In this document: positions 20,517-29,620 of the stretch, piece after piece
How the letters are laid out: each line of letters starts with the position of its first letter
Numbering within the stretch: the first letter of the stretch is position 1
NCBI GenBank assembly: GCA_934229625.1
Contig: CAKQDU010000008.1
Coordinates: 360 to 64,359 of the forward strand
Source of the DNA: an uncultured Alphaproteobacteria bacterium
Lineage (GTDB): Bacteria; Pseudomonadota; Alphaproteobacteria; RF32; CAG-239
Reading direction: 5' to 3'
Length of the DNA: 64,000 bases
Position numbers and translations under genes: made by a program
Notes under the pieces: generated by a model
Databases searched by the model: none
Told to the model about the DNA's origin: nothing
Seen by the model: only the letters and a program-made list of their open reading frames with translations

Positions 20517-20974
20517 TTAACCTCTGAAATATTACTGAGAGATGCTTTTTCACTTTCGTTCCAGCTTACAAAATCTAAAACTTTTATATTTGGGAATTCA
20601 TCTGTTTCAGGAATTTTCCGCAAATATTCCAAATATAGCAAATACCTTTTATATGTTTCTAAACTGTCAGCAGTCGGCAAACCGGCGGCGGATTGTTTTT
20701 CATATCTATCGGCTTTTGCTAATATCGTATTCATAAAGGCATCTCGTGACAAACGCACTACCTCGGCCAAAACATCAGACGATAAATCCGTTGTTTCGGC
20801 TATTTCAAAATAATCCGGACGGCAATCTTTGATATCATAACCGTGTTTATTACAAAATTGCGACATTTTTTCATATATAAGCTGATTAAACTCACCTGCT
20901 TTATCAGGAAAAAGTCTAAATCCGATAACAAACTGCCCGTCACAATCTTGCTGATTTTTATAACTATCATTCAT
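20513..20974 (-). CDS. phage hypothetical protein
   Basis: 153 aa. Confidence 0.3.
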   Translation of the reverse strand: MNDSYKNQQDCDGQFVIGFRLFPDKAGEFNQLIYEKMSQFCNKHGYDIKDCRPDYFEIAETTDLSSDVLAEVVRLSRDAFMNTILAKADRYEKQSAAGLPTADSLETYKRYLLYLEYLRKIPETDEFPNIKVLDFVSWNESEKASLSNISEVK

Positions 20975-20989
20975 CTTTTTATTCCTTAT

Positions 20990-22405
20990 CTAAACATAAC
21001 CGATTGCAACCCATTCAAGCGCAACATTTGAAGAAACGGCGACGCTAAAACCGGTTGTCGTCTTCAAAATGGTGTCACAAAAAACAGAAACTGCTCCAAC
21101 CAAATTCCCCGTCATAGCCGTAACCTGTGTTAAAACAACATACGATGTGTCGGCATACGGCTGCTTAAACAAAATCTTAGAGCCATTTGTCACCCCATCC
21201 AATCCCCATTGAAACAACAGACGATTACCAAATTTGCAGCATCCTGAGGTTTTTAATAAAGTGGTGACAATAGAATTTATGCATTCACAAGCCGGCGCTG
21301 TTGTCATAACATTGCCGCTTTTATCAATATAAACTCCCATATCACCGCATTTATTGTCGGCATTGCAAACATATAATGATGATTTTATCGCTCCTTCCGG
21401 AGTTACATCCGTATAAATTGAACCATATTCTGTATCATTTTTATCCAGCGACCTGAAACCTGTAAAAATATGTTTATTCGGAGTTTCTCCAACGGCATAT
21501 TTATCTCCTTTATATATACTGCGATTATTAAAAGTATTTGCATTAAACACATTCACCGATGTCAATTTTGCATAATTAGCATCAGCATATTCAAGATTTA
21601 GAGCTTCCGTTGGTTTGCCGGCAACCGGCGTAGGCACGGTGACATATGTTTGTCCGTCTGCCGTGATATGAACTCCAAGTTCTGCCGTGTTTTTTGTTCC
21701 GTCTGCCGCATAACTGTTCGCGCTTAAAAGCAAATGCGATGACTTATCGGGATTTACCACATTTTTTATCTGTCCGCAAACTCTGTCATTTTTATCACTC
21801 ATAACATAACTGCGGCTATGTGCCGTTTCTATTTTATCGGCAAAAGAAAATTGAAGATTTTTTTGAATCACCGCGCTTTCACTATCCGAATTTTGCACAG
21901 ATAAACCGCTGACTCCCAATACGCCGGATTTTATTTCATCACCAAATCTATGTAATAAACGCTCATCATCAAAAATTTCTGCGCTTTCTGCCGCTGATTT
22001 TGCGCTTTCTGCCGCATTTTGCGCACTTTCAACCGCTGCGGCGGCTGACTGTTTGACAATATGTGCATCAACAGAAACCGCGGCAGCATTTTCAGCGGCC
22101 GCGGCAGCTGCTTTTTCGGCAGTTTCCGTATCAATCCGCACTTTGATACAATTTTGCGCAACCTCTGCTTCACTCTGTGCCGCCGCATTTGCGGAATTTT
22201 CTGCCTTTTCCATCGCATTTTGCGCTTGTTTTTTATAATTTTTAAGCTCCGGCAGAATTTCCTTGTCAGTATATTCTTTTATTTCTGTCTGACCTGATTT
22301 CACATACATAAGCTCAACATCCAAATTCAAGACAACTTCATCCTGCCAATAAATTTCAATATTTTGAGTTTCGATACAATTTACGGAAACTATATTTTCA
22401 TTCAT
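20990..22405 (-). CDS. putative tail fibre protein
   Basis: 471 aa with central Ala-rich heptad region (AAAAAENAAAVSVD...ESAQNAAESAKSAAESAE) and Cys-containing C-terminal domain. Confidence 0.45.
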   Translation of the reverse strand: MNENIVSVNCIETQNIEIYWQDEVVLNLDVELMYVKSGQTEIKEYTDKEILPELKNYKKQAQNAMEKAENSANAAAQSEAEVAQNCIKVRIDTETAEKAAAAAAENAAAVSVDAHIVKQSAAAAVESAQNAAESAKSAAESAEIFDDERLLHRFGDEIKSGVLGVSGLSVQNSDSESAVIQKNLQFSFADKIETAHSRSYVMSDKNDRVCGQIKNVVNPDKSSHLLLSANSYAADGTKNTAELGVHITADGQTYVTVPTPVAGKPTEALNLEYADANYAKLTSVNVFNANTFNNRSIYKGDKYAVGETPNKHIFTGFRSLDKNDTEYGSIYTDVTPEGAIKSSLYVCNADNKCGDMGVYIDKSGNVMTTAPACECINSIVTTLLKTSGCCKFGNRLLFQWGLDGVTNGSKILFKQPYADTSYVVLTQVTAMTGNLVGAVSVFCDTILKTTTGFSVAVSSNVALEWVAIGYV

Positions 22406-22412
22406 ATTTACC

Positions 22413-22772
22413 TCACTTTGTTACTTGCGGAGTTATGCGAAATATTCCGACTTTATTCACATCCGCCGGAAAAATTGTGTTTGTATCTCCGTTGGCGAAC
22501 ACGACCTGAATATCGGTTTTATAATTACCCACCGGAGCAGAAGTTTCTGCCGGAGACAGTCTCAGCAGATAAACACCTATAGCCTCGTCAACTTTTTCAG
22601 CTTGTTTTTGAAAAACCAAAGCATCATCATTTTTTTGCCGTACCTGCATAGTAATTGTCATTGCGGATAAATCTATTTGTTTGTTTTTCGCATTAAATTT
22701 CAATTTTATATTAAAACTGTCTCCTTGCCGGACTTCTACAATGTTTGAACCGGCTAAAATTCTTCCCGTCAT
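22413..22772 (-). CDS. phage hypothetical protein (beta-rich)
   Basis: 119 aa between the two fibre genes. Confidence 0.3.
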   Translation of the reverse strand: MTGRILAGSNIVEVRQGDSFNIKLKFNAKNKQIDLSAMTITMQVRQKNDDALVFQKQAEKVDEAIGVYLLRLSPAETSAPVGNYKTDIQVVFANGDTNTIFPADVNKVGIFRITPQVTK

Positions 22773-22775
22773 TGC

Positions 22776-23540
22776 TTATTGCTCCTTTTTTACCTTAATA
22801 AAATAATTAACAGCCTGATTAACCGGCGTTACATGATTGCTGGCGCCATAAATTGCATTACAGCGTCCGGCATCAAATGTAAAATAGGCAGCGCTGTTTC
22901 CGCCGTCTCCACTTCGAGAAGAACCGCCTGACAATGAAGCCTGAAACGCTCCGCTTGCCGCCGGATTGCGCAAATAACCGTCTTGAGCTTGTGTCTGACC
23001 GGTAATATTCGGCAAGCCTTCAGGCTGAGTGGTTTGCATATCTGAAGCCGAATCTCCGCCTAAACCGCGCAAAAATTTGCCGCGATAATCAGGAAGATTA
23101 AAAGTGGAAGTACCGTCTCCGGCGCCAAAACTTGTTCCGATTAAAGAAAACAAATCGCTGTATTCCGAGCGACTTATCGCCTGACCGTTGCACAAAAACC
23201 ATTTGTCATGATTATTTTTTTGCAATGACGCTTTTATATCGCCGACACAAAATAACGCATTCAAAAGTTCGGTTTGCTGTTTTGCAGCCGCATCCAATTG
23301 CTCTTTATTAACAGCATCTTTTTCTGCCGTACCTTTTCCCATGTTGCAAATTTTAAACCCTCCCATTTTAAGCTCACCCTGCATCGGAGCCCGTCCGTCT
23401 TTGAGCAGACATTCACTCAGTCCATCGGCAAAATTATCGTCTTCTTCATCATGACGGTCAGACACAATATCTATTTCATTTTTACGGTCGTCTTCCCAGC
23501 TGTGTATACGCGTAAACAATCCGTTACTATCATAAGGCAT
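22776..23540 (-). CDS. tail fibre protein with phage tail-collar domain
   Basis: CNGQAISRSEYSDLFSLIGTSFGAGDGTSTFNLPDYRGKFLRG matches Collar domain consensus (C-NG..L....Y..LF..IG..YG.GDG.TTF.LPD.RG). Confidence 0.7.
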   Translation of the reverse strand: MPYDSNGLFTRIHSWEDDRKNEIDIVSDRHDEEDDNFADGLSECLLKDGRAPMQGELKMGGFKICNMGKGTAEKDAVNKEQLDAAAKQQTELLNALFCVGDIKASLQKNNHDKWFLCNGQAISRSEYSDLFSLIGTSFGAGDGTSTFNLPDYRGKFLRGLGGDSASDMQTTQPEGLPNITGQTQAQDGYLRNPAASGAFQASLSGGSSRSGDGGNSAAYFTFDAGRCNAIYGASNHVTPVNQAVNYFIKVKKEQ

Positions 23541-23552
23541 ATTTTTTCTCCT

Positions 23553-25289
23553 TTATTTTATGTTGTTAAGCTCAGTAAACTTTTTTAAATCAAGTTCTTC
23601 GCGTTTAAGCTGATTTTGTTCTTTTTTAATGGCAAAATCGCATTCCATTTTTTTATTTTGAAATTCAAGCATTTTATCTTCTGTAGGTTTTACTGGCATA
23701 TCCGGAGAATTTAGTTCACGGCTTATTTTATCAAACGCATCCTCCAAAACACTTTCAAATTGCCGAGCATTTGAAAGTGTTGCCGCCGCAGCTTCAATCA
23801 TTTGCCTATACAAAGGCAGCAACGCCGGCTGCTGTGAAACAATGCCAAAAGCCTGACTTATCATTTCATTGATGTTTGACAAGACTTTAAGAATATTTTC
23901 TTCTTGCCGATTGATGTCAAAACTGCCGTCTGTTTCTATATCAATCACCATATCGCGCAGCTTTTGAGTTTTCAGCAATTCGATGGCTTGTCCAATCAAT
24001 TCCGGATTTTTTGCGGCATCTTCGGAAGCAAATGAAGCCAATGTTTCGGGAGAAAACTGTTCACAAATAATCTCTGCTTTTATGCGTAGCAAATCTTTCA
24101 AAAAACGCTGCATATCATTTTGGCGGTCCTGGTTACGCAAAGTACCAAAATTTGTTTTTTTCACCACGGCAGTTGCAGTATCTTGAGAATTTGACGAACC
24201 GCGCATAATATCGCTGACACCAGTTACTTCATAAACGGCTTCGGTCAGCACCTGCCGTCGTTCAGCTAAAACCTGCAAAGTTGCGATATATTGTTCAATC
24301 GGAGCAAAATCTATAATTCCCCTGATACCTCCGGCGTCTTTTAATTTTTCAAAATCGTTCAAAGCGATAAGGGTAACATCCTTATCTAAAATATTTGCAA
24401 GCTCCGGAAAAGAATTGTCATAGCAACCGGAAACTTTCAGAGCCTGCATTGTCAGGCGCATTCGGTTGTTTACGCCATCAAGTTCATCCAGCAGACTTTT
24501 AATTTCCACATAATCCGGCACCGGAACAATTCCGTCATTGCTAAGTGTCGCCATAATCGGTTTAGGACACGGAAAAAATCCGCTCAAATGCAAAGTATCT
24601 TCATTGATTTGCAAAAAATCATCTGGATATTCCGGACTGAGATAATATATTTTGCGAGTTTTCTTATCCCAAATTTCATAAACCGAGATGCTTTTGTCGG
24701 TGAAATTATGCTGCCAGAAATAATTTGCCAAATCTTCATTAAAATTAGAATAAATCTCGCTTACATTCATAAAAGTTTTGCGAGCAATCCATTCAACATC
24801 TTCCCAGACATTTACTTTATCAATATCGGCCAAAAAAGACAAAGGATTAACATATTGAGTTGTAACCTGCTCCTTATCTTTTAAAATCACATTGCCTATA
24901 TATTTGAAGCTGGATTGATATTGTTCCCATAATATACCCATACCGGAAAGCAAAAAATCATTGCGCGCATATTTTATGACACTATCAAAGTCAAATTGCT
25001 TCATATCCCAATCCAAAGCTTTTTCCAAAATTTGACAAGCAGTATTTTCAACAGCGTCGGCTTTTTTATTTCCTCTGATGATAAACGGCTGCGGCTGTCT
25101 GAAATATAGGAATGGTTTCAGCGTTTCTACCGACGACCAAAAAATGTTTTGTTTGTTACGATTGCGCTCATTGCGATAATATTTTCGAATTTCTTCAACT
25201 AACGCATAATAATCGCCATAAGTTTTTTCAGATGACCTAATTTTGCTAAGCCATTCCTGATATAATTTGCTATTATTTTGTTTTTCCAT
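23553..25289 (-). CDS. putative portal (head-to-tail connector) protein
   Basis: 578 aa; size and central segment pattern resemble T7 gp8-type portals; located in the structural module. Confidence 0.5.
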   Translation of the reverse strand: MEKQNNSKLYQEWLSKIRSSEKTYGDYYALVEEIRKYYRNERNRNKQNIFWSSVETLKPFLYFRQPQPFIIRGNKKADAVENTACQILEKALDWDMKQFDFDSVIKYARNDFLLSGMGILWEQYQSSFKYIGNVILKDKEQVTTQYVNPLSFLADIDKVNVWEDVEWIARKTFMNVSEIYSNFNEDLANYFWQHNFTDKSISVYEIWDKKTRKIYYLSPEYPDDFLQINEDTLHLSGFFPCPKPIMATLSNDGIVPVPDYVEIKSLLDELDGVNNRMRLTMQALKVSGCYDNSFPELANILDKDVTLIALNDFEKLKDAGGIRGIIDFAPIEQYIATLQVLAERRQVLTEAVYEVTGVSDIMRGSSNSQDTATAVVKKTNFGTLRNQDRQNDMQRFLKDLLRIKAEIICEQFSPETLASFASEDAAKNPELIGQAIELLKTQKLRDMVIDIETDGSFDINRQEENILKVLSNINEMISQAFGIVSQQPALLPLYRQMIEAAAATLSNARQFESVLEDAFDKISRELNSPDMPVKPTEDKMLEFQNKKMECDFAIKKEQNQLKREELDLKKFTELNNIK

Positions 25290-25351
25290 AATTTTTCCCC
25301 ATAGAAAAACAGGCCCGTAAAATAACGAGGCCTGTTTTATTAAAAAATTTA

Positions 25352-25600
25352 TTATTTTATAATTTTACCCAAAAGGCTTTTCTCACGTATGACAACCAGG
25401 TCATCCTGCGGTAAAGGCAATTCATCAAAACAATGAAACAAAACTTTATCTCCAACTTTTGCCCATGTAACATCCTCGCCAATACTTTGCACAACACCTT
25501 GATTTACAATATTATTCTTAATATCATTAAAAATAATCCGGCCATGTTTAAGTTTATCAGGCTTAATAATAAGCCTGTCTTTTATAGCTTTTAGCATCAA
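25352..25600 (-). CDS. GroES-like co-chaperonin
   Basis: 82 aa; KAIKDRLIIKP...VGDKVLF... matches Cpn10 N-terminal (L.DR.(I/V).K) and C-terminal (VGD.V.F) signatures. Confidence 0.5.
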   Translation of the reverse strand: MMLKAIKDRLIIKPDKLKHGRIIFNDIKNNIVNQGVVQSIGEDVTWAKVGDKVLFHCFDELPLPQDDLVVIREKSLLGKIIK

Positions 25601-25726
25601 TATATTTCTCCAAAAAAACAGAGATTAAGCTGATTTCAATCAAAAGCTTAATCTCTAAAAATATAAGTTTTATCAAAACACAATTTTACATGATAGTAAT
25701 TTTATTATCATACAGGTAACCAAATG

Positions 25727-26221
25727 TCAAGAACTTTTTTCATTTTTTTGAAAATAAAATTTAACAAGCCTTTCCAATCCCAGCACCAGCAAGCTTTTCA
25801 GATGATATACAACTTGTTTGCTCAGCAAACTATGCTTAATAATATTCTTATCTGCTTTTAACTCTTTATCTTCTATACAGACGCTTCTGACAACGGGCCA
25901 AAATTCTGTCGGAATGCTCTGTATCGCTTTTATATAGCGCTCTTTATAAATCAACGCATCCTCACGGCAAGAATAATTTGAATTTGTTTTTATTAAAGAA
26001 ATTGATTTCAGATTATTATAATTTCCAAGATAAAAATCTTTTAAGAGACGTTCTCCTGCTATTTTGCGGTCTTCGGCGCTAAATTTACTGCCTTTAAGCT
26101 CTAACACGCCGTTTTCATAGTATTTTTCCAAAACAGAGAGTTTATATAAACCGCCTTCCCGGCGTTTACGATAACCTTTTTTAATTGCATTTTCTTTTGA
26201 TATATATTCTTCATCTGACAT
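25727..26221 (-). CDS. hypothetical protein
   Basis: 164 aa. Confidence 0.3.
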   Translation of the reverse strand: MSDEEYISKENAIKKGYRKRREGGLYKLSVLEKYYENGVLELKGSKFSAEDRKIAGERLLKDFYLGNYNNLKSISLIKTNSNYSCREDALIYKERYIKAIQSIPTEFWPVVRSVCIEDKELKADKNIIKHSLLSKQVVYHLKSLLVLGLERLVKFYFQKNEKSS

Positions 26222-26350
26222 TTTTACCTCCTATTTTTCCTGAAAATATAAGATAAATATTATAATGTCAATAAGAAAAATATCGTTTTACATTGTAAGA
26301 TTTATATTATATAATGCTTTATATATAATTTTTCAAAAAAGGTAATAAAA

Positions 26351-26794
26351 ATGGATGATACAGAAGAAATAAGAAAAAAAATTGCCCGTCTAATTAACGA
26401 ACGCGGCTTGAACTTTGCAAAAGTTTCTCTCAGCATAGGAAAAAATATTGCGTACATTCAACAATTTATTAAAAACGGCTCTCCCAGACGACTTGGCGAA
26501 GTTGAACGACAAAAATTGGCTCGTCTTTTAAAAGTCGATGAACAGGAACTGACAGATTTGCCGCTTAAAGTGTCTTCCGGATATGCACCGGCTGTTAATC
26601 AGGATGTTTTGTGCCTGGTTATAGAAAATATTGAATCATGGTTGGAAAAACGCGAATCAAAAATGTCTCCTCATGATAAAGCTGAACTTATTCGCCTGCT
26701 CTATTCAAAAATCTGCAACGAATCTTTAGAAAACGCCAATGCCAAAATCAAAGACTATATGGATATTTATGACGAATTCCGTAAAGTAAATTAA
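26351..26794 (+). CDS. XRE-family HTH transcriptional regulator (phage repressor-like)
   Basis: N-terminal HTH ...IARLINERGLNFAKVSLSIGKNIAYIQQF...; divergent from structural genes. Confidence 0.65.
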   Translation: MDDTEEIRKKIARLINERGLNFAKVSLSIGKNIAYIQQFIKNGSPRRLGEVERQKLARLLKVDEQELTDLPLKVSSGYAPAVNQDVLCLVIENIESWLEKRESKMSPHDKAELIRLLYSKICNESLENANAKIKDYMDIYDEFRKVN

Positions 26795-27031
26795 AATAAT
26801 ATGTTTTAGGACTATATAATAATGGATATTGATGAACAAATTCGGGATATTTTAATGAAAAGTACACCGATAAATGATAATTCGGCTCAAAAAAAATCTC
26901 CGCTTTCTACCGCTATTTCACAAAATTTTGGTATTAGCGTCATCGGCAATCAAAATATTGTAATCGGCACAGGAGTCGTGCAACTACTTTTGCTGCTAAG
27001 CATTTTACTCTGCTGTGTTTGTTTGCGCTAG

Positions 27032-29203
27032 TCACATAAAAGAATACGGGTCAATATCCACTTCCACCTTTACCCCTGAAGGCACTTTAACCATCTGCAA
27101 CCATTTGGCCAGAACTTGTTGGATATTGATATTCTTATCTGTCTTCAGCATCAATCTGTAACGATAGCGGTCACGCAATAAAAACAACGGCGCCGGAGCC
27201 GGTCCCAACACCGAAACATATTCTGTATGCGGCGCAGTTTTACCAAATTCGGCGGCCACCTCACCGGTTAAATGCTTATCGACTCCGGAAATTATCAATG
27301 CCGCCAATTTACCGTAAGGAGGATAGCCAAGCATTTGCCGCGACTGCTTTTCAAAACTCATAAAACTTTCGCGGTCGTTATTCAGTAGAGCTTTCAGCAC
27401 ATTGTTTTCAGGATACAAAGTCTGCAAATAGACTGTGCCTTTCTTTTCTCCCCTACCGGCTCGACCTGAAACCTGCGATAATAACTGATATGTTTGTTCG
27501 GAAGCTCGTAAATCACTGCCCATAAGCCCCAAGTCGGCATCAACAATACCAACCAAAGTCAAATCAGGAAAGTGATGACCTTTAGCAATAATTTGCGTTC
27601 CCACCAAAATATCTATCTCACGCCGCTCCATACGGGCAATAATTTGCGACACCGCGGTAAACGAACCGGCATTGTCGCTGGAAAGTATCTCTGTTTTGGC
27701 ATACGGAAAACGATGTTTTACTTCTTCGGCCACACGTTCCACCCCCGGACCGCAGGCTGTTAACCCATCCTTAGAGCCGCAATGCGGACAAACATCAGGA
27801 ATTTCCTCAACATATCCGCAATGATGACACATCAGTTTATGAGCTTTTTTATGTTCGGTCAGCCAAGCGCTGCAACTCGGACATTGCATCCGATGTCCGC
27901 AATCGCGGCAAATCATCAACGGCGCATAACCACGGCGGTTTAAAAACAAAACAGATTGCTCACGATGTTCCAAATTTTCGGCTAAAGCCTGCACCAAACT
28001 CGGCGCCAGCCAAGAAACACCCCACTCGCCTTTTTGCGGTTTATCCTTTTTCAAATCGATAATTTTAATATCCGGCAGACTTGCATTGGCATAGCGGCTT
28101 TTAAGCTTTACACAATCATACTTTCCGTCTTCAACATTTACCATTGTTTCCAAATCAGGCGTAGCGGTAGAAAGAATCAGCGGTAAATGCTCTATTTTTG
28201 CCCGCACAATCGCCATGTCTCTCCCCTGATAATTGACCATATCTTCCTGCTTAAACGAATGGTCATGACTTTCATCAATAACAATCAGTCCCAAATTTGT
28301 ATAAGGTAAAAACAGCGCCGAACGCGCTCCGACAATAACTTTAACACCCCCCTCAATAATAGCTTTCCAAGTATCGGCGCGTTCTTTTAAGCTCAAGCCG
28401 GAATGCCAATTTGCCGGACGCACGCCGAATCGCTTTTGAAAACGCTCCAGCCATTGCGTTGTCAGTGAAATTTCCGGCACAAGAATAAGCACCTGCTTGC
28501 CTCTTTCCAGGGTTTTGGCAACAGCTTCAAAATACACTTCGGTTTTACCGGAGCCGGTAATACCGTCCAGCAACGTAACGGAAAATCCGCTGTCTATTTT
28601 TTGACACAGCAATTCCGCCGCATGCTGCTGTTCCGCAGTTAAATCAACTTTCACATAATCTCCGACCGGCTCCAGAAATTCGCGTTTATTTTCCACATAA
28701 ACAGGTTCCAGCACTCCGCTGTCTATCAGCGTTTTTATCACGCTTTGCCCTACGCCGGCACCTTTTGCTATTTCTTGTCTGGTATAAGGAGCATGCTTCA
28801 GCAAATCCATAACATGCCAACGAGCATCCGAATTTTTAAGTTTAGCCTCAGCCAAAGTTTTTCCCGAAAGTTTATACATTACCGTCAATGCCGATGGTTC
28901 AAACGCGGCTTTGACGCTTATCGCCATTTTAAAAACCAACCCAAGCGGAGCCATATTGTAACGCGCCACCCAAGCGATAAATTTCAGCAATTTTTCCGAA
29001 AGCGGAGGAAAATCATAAACTTTGCTTATGCTTTTTATCTTTTCGGCCGGCACATCATTTTGCGGTGAAAGCTCATAAACAACTCCGATTTGCTTGTCGC
29101 GTCCAAACGGAACCTCTACCAACTGCCCAAGTTTCAGCTCATCTTCCGTCTTATAGGTAAACGGCTGATTAAACGGCAGCGGCAGTAAAATTCCGAGCAG
29201 CAA
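27032..29203 (-). CDS. priA: primosomal protein N' (replication restart helicase)
   Basis: 723 aa; Walker A GITGSGKTE, DExH box VIDESHD, Cys4 zinc-binding CRDCGH...CPSC...CHHCG...CPHCG. Confidence 0.95.
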   Translation of the reverse strand: MLLGILLPLPFNQPFTYKTEDELKLGQLVEVPFGRDKQIGVVYELSPQNDVPAEKIKSISKVYDFPPLSEKLLKFIAWVARYNMAPLGLVFKMAISVKAAFEPSALTVMYKLSGKTLAEAKLKNSDARWHVMDLLKHAPYTRQEIAKGAGVGQSVIKTLIDSGVLEPVYVENKREFLEPVGDYVKVDLTAEQQHAAELLCQKIDSGFSVTLLDGITGSGKTEVYFEAVAKTLERGKQVLILVPEISLTTQWLERFQKRFGVRPANWHSGLSLKERADTWKAIIEGGVKVIVGARSALFLPYTNLGLIVIDESHDHSFKQEDMVNYQGRDMAIVRAKIEHLPLILSTATPDLETMVNVEDGKYDCVKLKSRYANASLPDIKIIDLKKDKPQKGEWGVSWLAPSLVQALAENLEHREQSVLFLNRRGYAPLMICRDCGHRMQCPSCSAWLTEHKKAHKLMCHHCGYVEEIPDVCPHCGSKDGLTACGPGVERVAEEVKHRFPYAKTEILSSDNAGSFTAVSQIIARMERREIDILVGTQIIAKGHHFPDLTLVGIVDADLGLMGSDLRASEQTYQLLSQVSGRAGRGEKKGTVYLQTLYPENNVLKALLNNDRESFMSFEKQSRQMLGYPPYGKLAALIISGVDKHLTGEVAAEFGKTAPHTEYVSVLGPAPAPLFLLRDRYRYRLMLKTDKNINIQQVLAKWLQMVKVPSGVKVEVDIDPYSFM

Positions 29204-29206
29204 AGC

Positions 29207-29620
29207 CTAAGCTCCTTTTTTTTGGTGAAAATATTCCGGAGAATAGCCATTCGGATGACGTTTTTTCAGTTTTTCCATATTACGATTTATGATTTCTTCA
29301 AACGGTACATCAAGCGCCAAACAAGCTTGGAACATATACCAGCAAACATCTCCGAGTTCTTTAATAAACATATCTCGCGTTTCATTGGTATAATTAAGTC
29401 CCATAAACTTGATTTTTTTCCATACATCATCAACTTCGCCGACTTCACCGCACAAACCTGAAACGGCATGGTCCAAACGAGCATAATTACCTTTTAGCTG
29501 TTTAGAAAGTTTAGTAAAATTTTGAGCAAAAAGCTCATCGTTTTTTGCTGTTTCAGAAGTAACGCCATCCACAAAACTCTGATATGCGGCAAGATATTCT
29601 TTTTCTTCCATTTTACACAT
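29207..29620 (-). CDS. MazG-like nucleotide pyrophosphohydrolase
   Basis: 137 aa; EVGEVDD and ELGDVCWY metal-binding motifs typical of the MazG/all-alpha NTP-PPase fold; 8-bp overlap with mutS. Confidence 0.65.
   Translation of the reverse strand: MCKMEEKEYLAAYQSFVDGVTSETAKNDELFAQNFTKLSKQLKGNYARLDHAVSGLCGEVGEVDDVWKKIKFMGLNYTNETRDMFIKELGDVCWYMFQACLALDVPFEEIINRNMEKLKKRHPNGYSPEYFHQKKGA

Larger units (their letters stand above)
10435..27031 (-). mobile_element. phage-derived region (podovirus-like structural, packaging and lysis modules; no integrase in window)
   Basis: contiguous same-strand block containing large terminase, portal, scaffold, capsid, tail-collar fibre, holin/endolysin, XRE regulator; interrupts GT2...priA backbone. 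Confidence 0.75.

Noticed and set aside
26822-27031. 69-aa ORF after the XRE regulator
   Set aside because: The translated sequence has no recognisable motif, and I cannot tell a real small hydrophobic peptide from an incidental open frame in the gap before the priA stop. It is not annotated as a feature.
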